NCBI GenBank assembly: GCA_048938385.1
Contig: JBHLMG010000001.1
Location: 96,001-160,000, forward strand
Reading direction: 5' to 3'
Origin: Promethearchaeota archaeon
GTDB taxonomy: Archaea > Asgardarchaeota > Hermodarchaeia > Hermodarchaeales > Hermodarchaeaceae
Length of the DNA stretch: 64,000 bases
Shown here: in pieces, positions 10,057 through 20,194 of the stretch
Numbering within the stretch: position 1 is the stretch's first letter
How the letters are laid out: the number at the start of each line of letters is the position of its first letter
Made by a program: the position numbers and the translations under genes
Notes under the pieces: generated by a model
Seen by the model: the letters and a program-made list of their open reading frames with translations, nothing else
What the model was told of the DNA's origin: nothing
The model's database searches: none

Positions 10057-10869
10057 TCATTTTTGAGGAATAAATTGATTGGCAACTAAATCAACCAGAT
10101 TTCGCCGAATAAGCATGTGTTCCATCTGATTCTTACTCATAACTGGGAGGAGATGTTGATGTTCTCGTAGAAGTAAATCCGCTGCTTCTCCAACTGTTGC
10201 ATCATGGCTAATTGTCAACTCCGTTCGTATTAGAATGTTCGAAACGAGAAAATCACGAAGCCTAGTACTCTGGTACTTAGCTGGAGTTTCGCGTCTGAAC
10301 GCTGCGAAACCTAAGGCAAGGCGTTTTTTCGTCACCAAGCCAATGACCTGACCCCTTTCAAACACGGGGAGACCTGGTAAACCTTCAGCTAATAATACTT
10401 GGCGGGCGTGTACTACACGATCAGTTGGGCTCACACTGATTGGCTTTTCTAGTTTTAAATTATGGACATATGTGTCCGAGATATTCCGACATTGATTAAC
10501 AAAGTGCGTGTTTGTAATTATCCCCACAATTTCTTCATTACTCACAACTGGTAGTGCCCGTTCTTTGCGTTTAATCAAAAGTTTTGCTGCGTCGAACATA
10601 TTCATGGAGGGCTCGATGGTTATTGGGTTATACTCCATAACTGAGCTTACATGAATGCTCGCTGGCGTCAATTTTCCTACACGAGCAGAACCTAATCGAT
10701 CGACGATATCCAATTCAGTGATTAGTCCGATTAACTTGTCGCTATCTGTGACAGGAATAGCTGAAATTCCTAACTTCTCCATAACATCTAAGGCCACTGT
10801 CACACCTTGATCCTTATCGATGGTTTTTACAGGACTTTTCATAATTTCTTCTACGATCAGTCTCCACAC
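10057..10869 (-). CDS. CBS domain protein (tandem CBS pairs)
   Basis: Repeated CBS motifs: VEEIMKSPV, ISAIPVTD..LIGLITELDI, VSSVMEYNPITI, LPVFERGQVIGLVT. Confidence 0.88.
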   Translation of the reverse strand: MWRLIVEEIMKSPVKTIDKDQGVTVALDVMEKLGISAIPVTDSDKLIGLITELDIVDRLGSARVGKLTPASIHVSSVMEYNPITIEPSMNMFDAAKLLIKRKERALPVVSNEEIVGIITNTHFVNQCRNISDTYVHNLKLEKPISVSPTDRVVHARQVLLAEGLPGLPVFERGQVIGLVTKKRLALGFAAFRRETPAKYQSTRLRDFLVSNILIRTELTISHDATVGEAADLLLREHQHLLPVMSKNQMEHMLIRRNLVDLVANQFIPQK

Positions 10870-10938
10870 CTCTTCTTACAATAGTGGGTATTTTCTTCAA
10901 AATACTTGTCCATTTTTTAATCAACTTCATTGAATCTC

Positions 10939-12948
10939 TTAATCTTTTACAAAATCTACTGGACCAGGAGGTAGGACAGATATGATTTCATCAACACTCA
11001 AAGCTTGCACTTGTTTCTGTAGTTCTGGGGCTACTTGTTCAGAAAACAACATTCGAATTTTTTTGGCCGCGTCTGACATTTTAGTTTTTCCTGGGATTAA
11101 AGTAGTCAAGATGTTAGTTCTCTGACGAATCGTTGATTCTGGTCCTGAGATTACTAAGGGAAATCCATTTTCCAGGACAATTCCGATAGCGATACGAAGC
11201 GGCACACCACGCAAGTAGTTTCGCTCACCTCGAACCATGACCGAACCCTTTGCTAAGAATTCCCCCGACGGCGCGCTCAAAGAGACTTGGTTACTGTGTA
11301 CCCAATATGCATCTGCTCCACTCCAACTGGATTTCCACGCTCGCGAATTACAAACAGCGAAAATGGCTATCTCCTGTAACTCCTCTTTTGAAACGGGTTT
11401 TCCCTCGGTTTTCACAATGACTACTGGAGCACCTGAAAAATCCGCATGAAAAAATAGATCAGATTCCTCGAGATATCTGCGAACTAGTTGCTGGTTACTC
11501 GTTGCGTCTCGCCCACCTAGAACTAAAAAATCCTTTGAGGTGCGAAACCATCGGAATTTTTCATACCATCTTTTCTTTCGTCGACTACCTAGTCTAGCGG
11601 CTTCGGCCTGAACCAGCGACTCTTCATGCTTTTCCTCAAGGGAGGCGATTTTCCGTTTTGTATCTTCAATCGCAATTTTTGCGCCTTTAACTTTCTTCTC
11701 AAGTTGCTTACTTCGTTGAAAAATTCGATTTGCGTTTTCAGCCACTGAATAACGAATATCAAGTGAAATTGAGTGCTCATTCAAATTAACTTGAATCTGC
11801 CCGGTCTTTGCTAAGATTTTTTCGAAAACAACCGCTGCAGCGAGTTCTTTTGATTTTCCGTTTTCAAGGCGTTCAATGATTTCATCCCACGAAATGCCCC
11901 GTTGTCGCGCATCCTTAATTGTAGATAGTAATTCCTCTAACACGGGAAGATGTTGATAGATGCTATTCGCAGCAGATCGACTTTGCTCCGCGCGTTTTCG
12001 CATGGTTTCCAAATGCTCACACTGCTGACTGTGTAAACGCTGGAGTTTTGCTAAATCCTTCTGATAAGCCTCATCAATCTCATCAACAGCGAGGTCTTCG
12101 TGAAAAGTCGAGTAGAAGTTATCCAAGGCCTCATTAAAAGTTGAAAACTCTCGCTTTTTCATATCTGCAAAGCGCGAACTATCCGTAGGCAGAACTTGAA
12201 ACGGTTCTCCATCCTGATCTAAAATTATCTGGGGCTTCAACTCCCCTGTTGTCAGCGTATCAAAATGAGCTCTCAGGGTCTGATGCAATTTTTGTCTTTG
12301 TTTATCGGTTAGGTTTGGAGTAATAATGTCCTGTTGGATTTGAATCTTGGAAAGAATTTCTTCAGCAGTAGCCCCACTCATATTTAATCCTCGAACTAAA
12401 GTCGGGACAATCGCCCGTTCTGAGCTATTAAGGATCTCGTTTAGATCCTCAACTGACACTGTTTTCGGATCCATGGCTCTCAATGGAGGAAATTGAAAAG
12501 GCGCCCCTCGTACGACATCGCGGTCTCGCATCCGACGGTAAGTCATCGCTGAGACAATACGGTTCTCAGGGTCTAGTAAGACCGCGTTTCCGCCTCCGAA
12601 GAGCTCGATCACGAGTGTGAATCGTTTTTCCGGGGGACCTGCTCTCAAATAGATAACGCGATCAAAATCGTGCTGCTCAAGATCCGAAATCTTATGGTTT
12701 CGAAGATGCTTTCGGAGAGTCTTACAAAATGCCCGAAGTTTAGCTTCTCGCTCATAGGTATGTGAAGTTAGGTGCATCCGTCGACCGGGTTCTATTAACA
12801 ACCAGATTTTATTAGGTGATTCGTGACTAAGCTTGAAAAGCAGTGTACCATTAAGTTGATAAATATTAAGAATCCATCTCCCGATTGCTACATCCTTGAC
12901 TTCGCGTAACATCACATAAATATCGGACGCGGTCATAGCAGTACTCAC
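10939..12948 (-). CDS. rqcH: Ribosome quality-control factor Rqc2/RqcH (NEMF/NFACT family)
   Basis: QHDFDRVI, LVIELFGGGNAVL, coiled coil, WYEKFRWF, GGRDATSN, FFHADFSGAP, APSGEFLAKGSVMVRGERNY. Confidence 0.92.
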   Translation of the reverse strand: MSTAMTASDIYVMLREVKDVAIGRWILNIYQLNGTLLFKLSHESPNKIWLLIEPGRRMHLTSHTYEREAKLRAFCKTLRKHLRNHKISDLEQHDFDRVIYLRAGPPEKRFTLVIELFGGGNAVLLDPENRIVSAMTYRRMRDRDVVRGAPFQFPPLRAMDPKTVSVEDLNEILNSSERAIVPTLVRGLNMSGATAEEILSKIQIQQDIITPNLTDKQRQKLHQTLRAHFDTLTTGELKPQIILDQDGEPFQVLPTDSSRFADMKKREFSTFNEALDNFYSTFHEDLAVDEIDEAYQKDLAKLQRLHSQQCEHLETMRKRAEQSRSAANSIYQHLPVLEELLSTIKDARQRGISWDEIIERLENGKSKELAAAVVFEKILAKTGQIQVNLNEHSISLDIRYSVAENANRIFQRSKQLEKKVKGAKIAIEDTKRKIASLEEKHEESLVQAEAARLGSRRKKRWYEKFRWFRTSKDFLVLGGRDATSNQQLVRRYLEESDLFFHADFSGAPVVIVKTEGKPVSKEELQEIAIFAVCNSRAWKSSWSGADAYWVHSNQVSLSAPSGEFLAKGSVMVRGERNYLRGVPLRIAIGIVLENGFPLVISGPESTIRQRTNILTTLIPGKTKMSDAAKKIRMLFSEQVAPELQKQVQALSVDEIISVLPPGPVDFVKD

Positions 12949-12960
12949 GGTGATTCACCA

Positions 12961-13281
12961 TTGTTAGAGAAAACTCAATCCTGGCGTACTCGCCTCAGTC
13001 CAGAAGACATGATCTATTATACGCGTCTTCTTTTTTCAATTATTTCTGCAGCTATTGCCCTAGGTTTTAACCTTTGGGGTCTATTGGGGGTATTCGGGTT
13101 CTTAATCGGCATAGTGCTCATTGTTAGTTCCTATCTCATCCCTGTCTACATTCTCGGCGTGAACCCCAAAGAAGTGGGGGGTCATGTAAGGGGAATAATG
13201 AAGGGGTTAGGTACAAGTATATTATTATTCTTAGTAATTTGGTTATTAGGATTTAATTTCATTTACGCGGCTTCTTTATAG
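12961..13281 (+). CDS. EMC6/Rab5ip-like three-TM membrane protein
   Basis: 106 aa, three hydrophobic segments; YTRLLFSIISAAIALGFNLWGLLGVFGF and GLGTSILLFLVIWLLGFN follow the EMC6 pattern (Y.R...S..SG..AGILGL.G..GF; G...Y.LFW...Y). Confidence 0.6.
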   Translation: MLEKTQSWRTRLSPEDMIYYTRLLFSIISAAIALGFNLWGLLGVFGFLIGIVLIVSSYLIPVYILGVNPKEVGGHVRGIMKGLGTSILLFLVIWLLGFNFIYAASL

Positions 13282-13391
13282 ATTCCTTGAATGTGATTGC
13301 AGAATTCTGCGCCAAACTGTCTTTATTTTGAAGAAACCTTAAAAGGCGACCTGCCCTCTATCGTTTAGGATAACTGCACTGAGGGAGTTCA

Positions 13392-13919
13392 GTGAAACTT
13401 GACGATAAGGATTTGCAAATCCTCTCCCTACTGCAAGAGGATGGGCGAGCGAAGTATACACAAATCGCACGAACTCTATCCAAAGCGATGAACCAAAACA
13501 TCCCTGACACTACAATCCTGTTTCGGATCCGGAAGCTGCAACAGGCAGGGGTGATTAAACGGTTCACTGTAAGTATCGATCAGGAAATGTTAGGGTATAC
13601 AATTTATGGTGTACTCTTCATTGAAATCGGTGGGCATATCCTGCGCGATATTACTATAGAGCATACCAGGAAAATCAGAGCGGAACTCGAAAGCCGATCG
13701 AAGGTCATTTTTCTAGCGCTAAACGAGGACGAAACCGGCATCTTTGCGATTATCCTTGGAAAAGAAAAGACAGAAATTCAAGGAATTTTTGACCAACTTA
13801 AGGACAATCCAGATGTTGTTGACGCAAGGTTGTGGTTCCTGAGACCACCAACAAGGGGTGATAGCCTGATAGGGACAGGCTTGCCCATTCATCAAACGGA
13901 GGAAAATGATGGTGTCTGA
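13392..13919 (+). CDS. Lrp/AsnC family transcriptional regulator
   Basis: LDDKDLQILSLLQEDGRAKYTQIA...RIRKLQQAGVIKRFTVSID...LGY. Confidence 0.85.
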   Translation: MKLDDKDLQILSLLQEDGRAKYTQIARTLSKAMNQNIPDTTILFRIRKLQQAGVIKRFTVSIDQEMLGYTIYGVLFIEIGGHILRDITIEHTRKIRAELESRSKVIFLALNEDETGIFAIILGKEKTEIQGIFDQLKDNPDVVDARLWFLRPPTRGDSLIGTGLPIHQTEENDGV

Positions 13920-14649
13920 GACATCGGAACGGGTGAAAACGGGAATTCCCGGATTAGATGGAATCCTTCACGGGGGGTTTATTCCGGGCAGCAATGTACT
14001 CGTCTCTGGAGGGGCGGGTACTGGTAAAACTATCTTTTGTATGCAGTTTCTTTTATCAGGGGCAATGAAATACGGCGATAACGGTGTGTTTGTAACCCTT
14101 GAAGAACGACCCAAAGAGCTGAGGCGTGAAGCAACACGATTCGGGTGGAACTTTGAAAAACTGCAAGAAGAAGAAAAACTCATCATAGTTGATGCAGCTT
14201 CAAGCAAAGCAGGTTTACCAACAACCGAACCACATGCGATTCGAACAGGCCTGGACATTAATGCACTTGCACAAGAAATCTATCGAGTGACAAAACGAAT
14301 CAACGCCCGACGCATAGTAATTGACTCTGTATCAGGATTGGGAATTCGCTTCGAAGGAATAGCTGCAGTAAGAAACGCAATCTTTAAGCTTTCTAGCCTT
14401 CTTCGCGAACTCGGGGCGACATCTATTATGACTTCTGAGGTTGCCGAAGGAACAACCGGATTTAGCCGTTATGGGGTTGAGGAATTCATAGCTCAAGGAT
14501 TAATCATCCTCTCTCTTACCGAGCAAGATCGCGAACTTCGTCGTAGCCTAGTAGTGCGAAAGATGCGTCAAACAGGTCACAGCCTGAAACGCTTCCCCTT
14601 CGAAATAAGTAGCTCTGGACTAGTTGTGATGCCAGGTGGCGAACTCTAA
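13906..14649 (+). CDS. KaiC/RAD55-like single-domain RecA-superfamily ATPase
   Basis: KTGIPGLDGILHGG, Walker A GGAGTGKT, FVTLEE, RIVIDS, LVVRKMR. Confidence 0.92.
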   Translation: MMVSETSERVKTGIPGLDGILHGGFIPGSNVLVSGGAGTGKTIFCMQFLLSGAMKYGDNGVFVTLEERPKELRREATRFGWNFEKLQEEEKLIIVDAASSKAGLPTTEPHAIRTGLDINALAQEIYRVTKRINARRIVIDSVSGLGIRFEGIAAVRNAIFKLSSLLRELGATSIMTSEVAEGTTGFSRYGVEEFIAQGLIILSLTEQDRELRRSLVVRKMRQTGHSLKRFPFEISSSGLVVMPGGEL

Positions 14650-15243
14650 CTAGACGAACACTACTAACGAAGTGGCCATCAAACCCAACATCACCGTGTA
14701 AGCCACTAGAATGTAAACTACTAACGGCACATTTTCGATTGCCCACACGGTTTTAGAACCTTCAGCCGGTGACTGTATCAACCTTCGAGTTAACCAAAAG
14801 ATGCGTTTTGGGGGCTTTTCATCTTGGCAACTTGGCCTGCGTCGCCAGCGTACTACATTCAGAATTAGTAGAATGATGCTATGGATACCTACAATCAGAA
14901 ACCCTCCAATCAAGACCCCAATTGAAGCAAATAACATCCATGTACTTTCAAGGGTTATCCATGGGTGAGTCAATGAAATAAGAAGAATCGCTTTTCCATC
15001 TGCTCCCCCTAATACACCAAATCGAAATCCTAGAATCACTAAAATGAAGTTTGCAAAGATTTCTACACCATAGAACACGAAGAGCCCTGAAAAATAAACA
15101 CGAATCAAAGTGAGGGGAAGAATGAACAAGGCAACAACCCATACCCAATTTGTCACCTCTCTAGTTTTCCAATCTCGAATGGCTGCATAAAGGAGGAGAA
15201 TGAATACCCAAAATATGATGATTAAACTGAGCAAGTTATCCAC
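14650..15243 (-). CDS. A24 family prepilin/prearchaellin peptidase
   Basis: Multi-TM; AAIRDWKTREV (first Asp) and LGGADGK (GxGD-type second Asp). Confidence 0.8.
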   Translation of the reverse strand: MDNLLSLIIIFWVFILLLYAAIRDWKTREVTNWVWVVALFILPLTLIRVYFSGLFVFYGVEIFANFILVILGFRFGVLGGADGKAILLISLTHPWITLESTWMLFASIGVLIGGFLIVGIHSIILLILNVVRWRRRPSCQDEKPPKRIFWLTRRLIQSPAEGSKTVWAIENVPLVVYILVAYTVMLGLMATSLVVFV

Positions 15244-15319
15244 TAAGCACCCTCAACTATTTCCAGTCATTCTGCTATTTAGCCTTCGCTCATTAAGGAA
15301 GCGACTAGATCGTTTCAAT

Positions 15320-15565
15320 CTATCTTTCTCGCAGGAACCTCAAATACACATAAATGCCAATAATAAAAAGTGCAAAAACCTCAACGGCTATACCTAGTAA
15401 AATTAAGGATGTAACTGGAATTAACTGGTCAGTCATTTTATTTACAAAAACGAAGCCTACGCCACTCAATAGTAGAACAAGAATAACTACCGCTTCAAGG
15501 AATGTCCCAAAACGGCTTAAGCTTCTTCTCATCTGGGATGTTTCAGGTGACATTTTTCTCATCAC
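15320..15565 (-). CDS. Small two-TM membrane protein
   Basis: 81 aa with two hydrophobic helices, co-oriented with the peptidase. Confidence 0.55.
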   Translation of the reverse strand: MMRKMSPETSQMRRSLSRFGTFLEAVVILVLLLSGVGFVFVNKMTDQLIPVTSLILLGIAVEVFALFIIGIYVYLRFLRER

Positions 15566-15703
15566 ATGCTCCTAATTTGAAATTCAAAAGGCTCCTTGAG
15601 GGAAATGTTCAGTGGGTTGTTTGAAATATAAATGTGTGTACAACTGCTAGAATCTACCCAGCACCAGTAAGGTATAGCACGCCTAGGAAATCCACCCATT
15701 TGA

Positions 15704-16003
15704 TTATGGGACAGCGTTGATAATTACCTGTTTCACTGCTGGTTCACAAACTTTTCTCACACCATGATCGCCAGGCTCATAGTGGCTTTTGATAAGTCCC
15801 GCGGTCTCAAGGATTTTAACTTGTGCACTTATGTTAGCCTCAGTTTGTTTCAAGGCTTCAGCAATCCGGCTAACATCCATGTTTTTTTCACGAAGAAGAG
15901 AGATGATTTTCCACCGAGTTGGGCTGGAGAGGGCTTTAGCCACATCAGGAACCTCGTCATTTGGCACTTCAAACCGTTCTTTCAACTCTAGGGATCCCGC
16001 CAT
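15704..16003 (-). CDS. ArsR-family HTH transcriptional regulator
   Basis: VAKALSSPTRWKII.LL....MDVSRIAEAL..TEANISAQVKILE.AGLI. Confidence 0.88.
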   Translation of the reverse strand: MAGSLELKERFEVPNDEVPDVAKALSSPTRWKIISLLREKNMDVSRIAEALKQTEANISAQVKILETAGLIKSHYEPGDHGVRKVCEPAVKQVIINAVP

Positions 16004-16262
16004 AAGATTTCGACTAGGTAGCCCCCTTCATCGGCTCTCCTTAATATACATTTCCCAGTTTATGTTATAAGCAGGTTGTCCAACTTTCTAATACTCATAT
16101 AACGGTTTTTTTAATTAGATTCGGGCGCAATCAAAAAGTGCGTAATAGGGTCGCTAGATTTTTAGTCAAAATGCATCTGATGATGTGAAAAACATCTTTT
16201 GTTCTTCGTTCAATGTTTTCTCAGTTCCCAATAGGTTTTTTCGACACGATATCTCAGTTCAG

Positions 16263-17171
16263 ATGATTGATTTGCATCGACTGGCTAATATTCTGCGCGA
16301 AATCACGGTAGAGGAAATTCAAGTTTTGACGACTCTTGAGGAAGTGGCGCCTCGATTCGAATATGTTCCACTTCCAATAGTGGAGAAACGGTTGGATTTG
16401 TCAGTCGATGATTCGCTCTTCTTTCTTACACGGCTTAACAAAGAAAAACTAGTACAACGCCAAACCGAACCATATCTTGGGTATCGGATATCCCGAGCAG
16501 GTTATGATATCTTAGCCCTTCACACCCTCGCTACCAAGGACATCATCCTTTCCTTAGGTCAAAAATATGGAGTAGGTAAAGAAGCTACTGTTTATCGTGC
16601 ACTAGATGCTAATGGAAACGAAGTGGCTGTCAAATTTCTCCGATGGGGGCGGTCTAGCTTCAAAAGTGTTCGACGATTACGGAGTTTAAAAACGGAGATA
16701 TTACAATCTTGGGCTGAATTCAGTAAACGAGCTGCTGATCGGGAATTCACCGCTTTACGAGTGATGTACCGGAATAAAGGAAAAGTGCCCAAACCAATAG
16801 CGCTTAATCGGCATGTTATTGTTATGTCAAAGATGGACGGCGTTCTACTTCGGTTCGCTGCTGAACTAAATGATCCTCACGCAGTACTAACCCAAATACT
16901 TCAACAACTGCACCTTGCATACCATCAGGCGAAGATCATCCATGGAGATCTTAGCGAGTACAATGTTTTCGTCAATGAAAAGGAACAGATTACTCTCTTT
17001 GACTGGCCTCAGTGGCAACCCATTACGCACCCAAACGCGTTGTGGTTACTAAAACGCGACATTGCAAATGTTCTGAAATACTTTAAACGAAAATTCCGTA
17101 TAATCACTGATGTTCAAAAAACGCTAGAGATGATAACAGGTACGAACAAAAGGAAATACGATTATGACTAA
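16263..17171 (+). CDS. rio2: RIO2-type Ser/Thr protein kinase
   Basis: N-terminal wHTH (YLGYRI..AGYDILAL), GVGKEATVY, IIHGDLSEYNV, FDWPQ; ATG 16263 preferred over the ORF-track start. Confidence 0.92.
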   Translation: MIDLHRLANILREITVEEIQVLTTLEEVAPRFEYVPLPIVEKRLDLSVDDSLFFLTRLNKEKLVQRQTEPYLGYRISRAGYDILALHTLATKDIILSLGQKYGVGKEATVYRALDANGNEVAVKFLRWGRSSFKSVRRLRSLKTEILQSWAEFSKRAADREFTALRVMYRNKGKVPKPIALNRHVIVMSKMDGVLLRFAAELNDPHAVLTQILQQLHLAYHQAKIIHGDLSEYNVFVNEKEQITLFDWPQWQPITHPNALWLLKRDIANVLKYFKRKFRIITDVQKTLEMITGTNKRKYDYD

Positions 17172-19227
17172 ATCCCCTGCTCCGCTCATAATGGGGTTCG
17201 ATATTCTTCCTCAAAGTTCCCCATCTTCTCTGAGGTCACCGCTATACGCAATGGCATTGAAGAAAGGGGATGTAATACGAACTTGGGATGCGCTTCGCCG
17301 AAATGAACTAATTTCAATGATTCGTCGAGAGAAACCTGACATTGTTGCCACAGACAACATCCTCGAACTAGCACCCACGGAAAAAGGTGTAATTGATCTG
17401 TTATCGAAAATCCCTTCGAAGACTCGCATAGTGCAAATTACTGGATCTCCTCTTCATGGAATGACTCCGTTGACAAAACTGGCAAAAAAACACGGATTTC
17501 GCGTTCACAGTCACCCAACACCCGTTGAAACAGCTAGTCTTATCACGGAATTGACAGCACAAGGTATTGGTACAGAAATCTCTGTCTTAGCTCGGGAAAC
17601 GCGAATTACTATTTCCCGAGCGCGTAATATTGGTCCGGGCGGGTTTTCGCAGGCGCGATACCAAAGACGCATGCATGGGGCTATCCAACAGGTTGCCCGG
17701 AGAGTCTTGGAGAAACTGTCCAAGAAAGGAATGGATTATGACCAATTCGATACAAAAACTTCTCATGGCTTATCACGTTGTGTAATTCATGTTTACGACT
17801 CCTTAGAGAATGTATGTCAAATTATCCAATCAGAAGTGAATCGAATTGCGGGTGTATCCATTCAAATCAATCCGGTTAAACATCGGTCGATACTCTATCT
17901 TGTAAGAGGAGATAGGAAGGAACAACAGAGTCCACGAAGACTACTAGTCGTTGGAATTGATGCTGGAACAACTATCGGTATTGCCATCGCTGATATCAAT
18001 GGAAATCTCTTGGCGCTTCGAAGTGGACGAGGGTTATCACGAGGGGATGTAATTCGGTACCTTGTTGATTTTGGCCGACCAATCCTAATTGCTACAGATG
18101 TCGCGCCTGCACCTAATTTTGTGGAGAAATTAAGCGCTTCTCTTCAAACTCATCTCTTTTTCCCTGATCGACTAATATCGGTAGCAGAAAAACGAGAGTT
18201 GGCAAAAACCTTTGATCTTGAGTCTAAGCTTCGTCCAACCAATTCACATCAACGGGATGCCCTAGCCGCAATTTCAAAAGTATTTCAAATTCATGGCAAC
18301 AAGTTCAAACTGCTCAATAAACGCCTAAAAGAAAGTGAACATCACCATCTAGTTTCGAAGGTTGTTTCATTAATGCTGCAAGGGGTTTCACTTACTGATG
18401 CACTCAATCAGTCAATTTTACCATTAGACACTGAAACTCTCAAAACTGAGATAACAGATCAAAGTCAACGCATTCCAGCCACACCTTCTAAAGACGAGCT
18501 TCTTCATTTGATAAAACGCCTTGAACGGCAGGTTGAATCATTACAGCGCCAACTTCATTATGAAAGTAGCAAACATCGTCAAAGTCTTGAAACCTTAGTT
18601 CAATCCAAGAATGAGCTAGAACAAACTCAACGAAAACTTGAGCGGATTCAAGATAGAGAACAGCGTGAACAACGACTTGATGAACGAATAAGCAGAAAGG
18701 ATGCACAAATTCAAAGGCTGAAAGACCAAATCAAATTGCAAAGAAACGAATTAGAAAAAACCAAACGAACACTGACGAACCTTAAACTAATGCGCCGTCT
18801 GGAAATTCGGGGTGAAGTGCAACCTATTCTCGTGCTCCCACAGTTCTCGCAAGATGAAATACGACGGTTTGCTGAAAGATACCCCAAAAAGAAGGGGATG
18901 GTTATCTACATCTTGAATCCGAGCGGGGGCGGTAGTTCTACTGCGGAGCAACTAATTCAGCTGGGAGTTCAAGTGGTAATTACTCATGGAACAATGTCAC
19001 ATCTAGCCCTTGAACAGTTTCATTCTGTAAAAATTCCTGTGCTAAATGCTGAATCGTTGGAAATCACCAGTGTAGATGAATTTGCAGTAGTCGATGCTAA
19101 TCAACTAGGCAAAGAACTCGCAAAATGGGAGAAGAAGTATCTTACGACCGAACGAGAAGCTACAGCCGAAGCCCTAGAACGGATTATTCAAGAATATCGT
19201 CAAGAACGAAGAAATGGAACCTCTTAA
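17164..19227 (+). CDS. DUF460 domain protein with long coiled coil
   Basis: IMGFDI, IVATDNILEL, SRAR..GPGGFSQARYQR, VVGIDAGTTIGIA, IATDVAPAP, NSHQRDALAA. Confidence 0.85.
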   Translation: MTKSPAPLIMGFDILPQSSPSSLRSPLYAMALKKGDVIRTWDALRRNELISMIRREKPDIVATDNILELAPTEKGVIDLLSKIPSKTRIVQITGSPLHGMTPLTKLAKKHGFRVHSHPTPVETASLITELTAQGIGTEISVLARETRITISRARNIGPGGFSQARYQRRMHGAIQQVARRVLEKLSKKGMDYDQFDTKTSHGLSRCVIHVYDSLENVCQIIQSEVNRIAGVSIQINPVKHRSILYLVRGDRKEQQSPRRLLVVGIDAGTTIGIAIADINGNLLALRSGRGLSRGDVIRYLVDFGRPILIATDVAPAPNFVEKLSASLQTHLFFPDRLISVAEKRELAKTFDLESKLRPTNSHQRDALAAISKVFQIHGNKFKLLNKRLKESEHHHLVSKVVSLMLQGVSLTDALNQSILPLDTETLKTEITDQSQRIPATPSKDELLHLIKRLERQVESLQRQLHYESSKHRQSLETLVQSKNELEQTQRKLERIQDREQREQRLDERISRKDAQIQRLKDQIKLQRNELEKTKRTLTNLKLMRRLEIRGEVQPILVLPQFSQDEIRRFAERYPKKKGMVIYILNPSGGGSSTAEQLIQLGVQVVITHGTMSHLALEQFHSVKIPVLNAESLEITSVDEFAVVDANQLGKELAKWEKKYLTTEREATAEALERIIQEYRQERRNGTS

Positions 19228-19282
19228 TTATAATAAGCATGCCCTTAAAGCGAAAACGGTGGTTAGAGTGTTGGGGGGGGGG

Positions 19283-19534
19283 CTATCCCTTATTTTCCCA
19301 AATAATCTGGGTGAGGTCTGGTTTGATGTACAAAATATTGTTACCACGAATAAGGACTTCACCAAATTTTGCTGTGGGGGTTCCATTCCTTAGCTCTTCA
19401 GCGCCTTCCAGCACGAGGTTCATATACACATCAATTTCTTTAAGACGGCCTTGATATTCCGTTCCATCTTTGAGTTTGATTAGTACTAGGTTGCTAGTGG
19501 CTTTCTGCAGGATTTTAATGGGCTGGTTTTCCAC
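19283..19534 (-). CDS. Sm-like (LSm/SmAP) RNA-binding protein
   Basis: VLIKLKDGTEYQGRLKEIDVYMNLVL..AEE, GEVLIRGNNILYI. Confidence 0.95.
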   Translation of the reverse strand: MENQPIKILQKATSNLVLIKLKDGTEYQGRLKEIDVYMNLVLEGAEELRNGTPTAKFGEVLIRGNNILYIKPDLTQIIWENKG

Positions 19535-19591
19535 GGTGTTCGACTCCCAGAGTAACCCTGCTAACCGTAAGCTTATCTTTAAAATTAACGG

Positions 19592-20158
19592 TTAAAGGGA
19601 ATGTGTGATAGAACTGTTCTTTTTCTGAATAACTCTAAGGATTAGTCCCACATCTTCATTTGAAAGCGATTCCAGCTCTGCAAGATTAATGACTGATGAA
19701 TTGAACCTCGTTTTAAGATCGCGGAGTGAAAGAACTTTTGCTAAAGCTGTTACTGCTACTAATCCGTTGATCTGCGTAATTCTAAGTAGTTCGTTAATTC
19801 CCGCATCGATATTTGCAAGGTTCTGCAATACCGTTATACTGACAGCAATTGGAAACGCACTGGTTCGGAGAGGTAGGGTTTCAGCTGAACCACAAACTAG
19901 GTGAATCGGTTCTTGGCGATTACTCGGATTTTGGGCTTGTGCCTGCGCAATTCGAAGCATTTCAATTGCTCCATCAATACCAATCACAGGAGCAAAATCA
20001 ATGAGGATTGGCAAACCAATCCCAGTACCAATTCCTACATCCACAACTGGGCCTGCTTGAAGATAATTAGCGATTGCTCGGTATTTTATTTGTTGAATCT
20101 GTTGGTATCTCCGATGGTATGCTGCTGCTGACTCGTCATACAAACGAACCTTTCGCAC
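19592..20158 (-). CDS. Class I SAM-dependent methyltransferase
   Basis: VVDVGIGTGI, IGIDGAIEML, GSAETLPL. Confidence 0.85.
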   Translation of the reverse strand: MRKVRLYDESAAAYHRRYQQIQQIKYRAIANYLQAGPVVDVGIGTGIGLPILIDFAPVIGIDGAIEMLRIAQAQAQNPSNRQEPIHLVCGSAETLPLRTSAFPIAVSITVLQNLANIDAGINELLRITQINGLVAVTALAKVLSLRDLKTRFNSSVINLAELESLSNEDVGLILRVIQKKNSSITHSL

Positions 20159-20194
20159 AAAAAATCTTCAACTGGTCAAGACTTAATTAGGCTT

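Noticed and set aside
19273-19282. G homopolymer as a phase-variation tract
   Set aside because: Lies between convergent stop codons, outside any CDS or promoter
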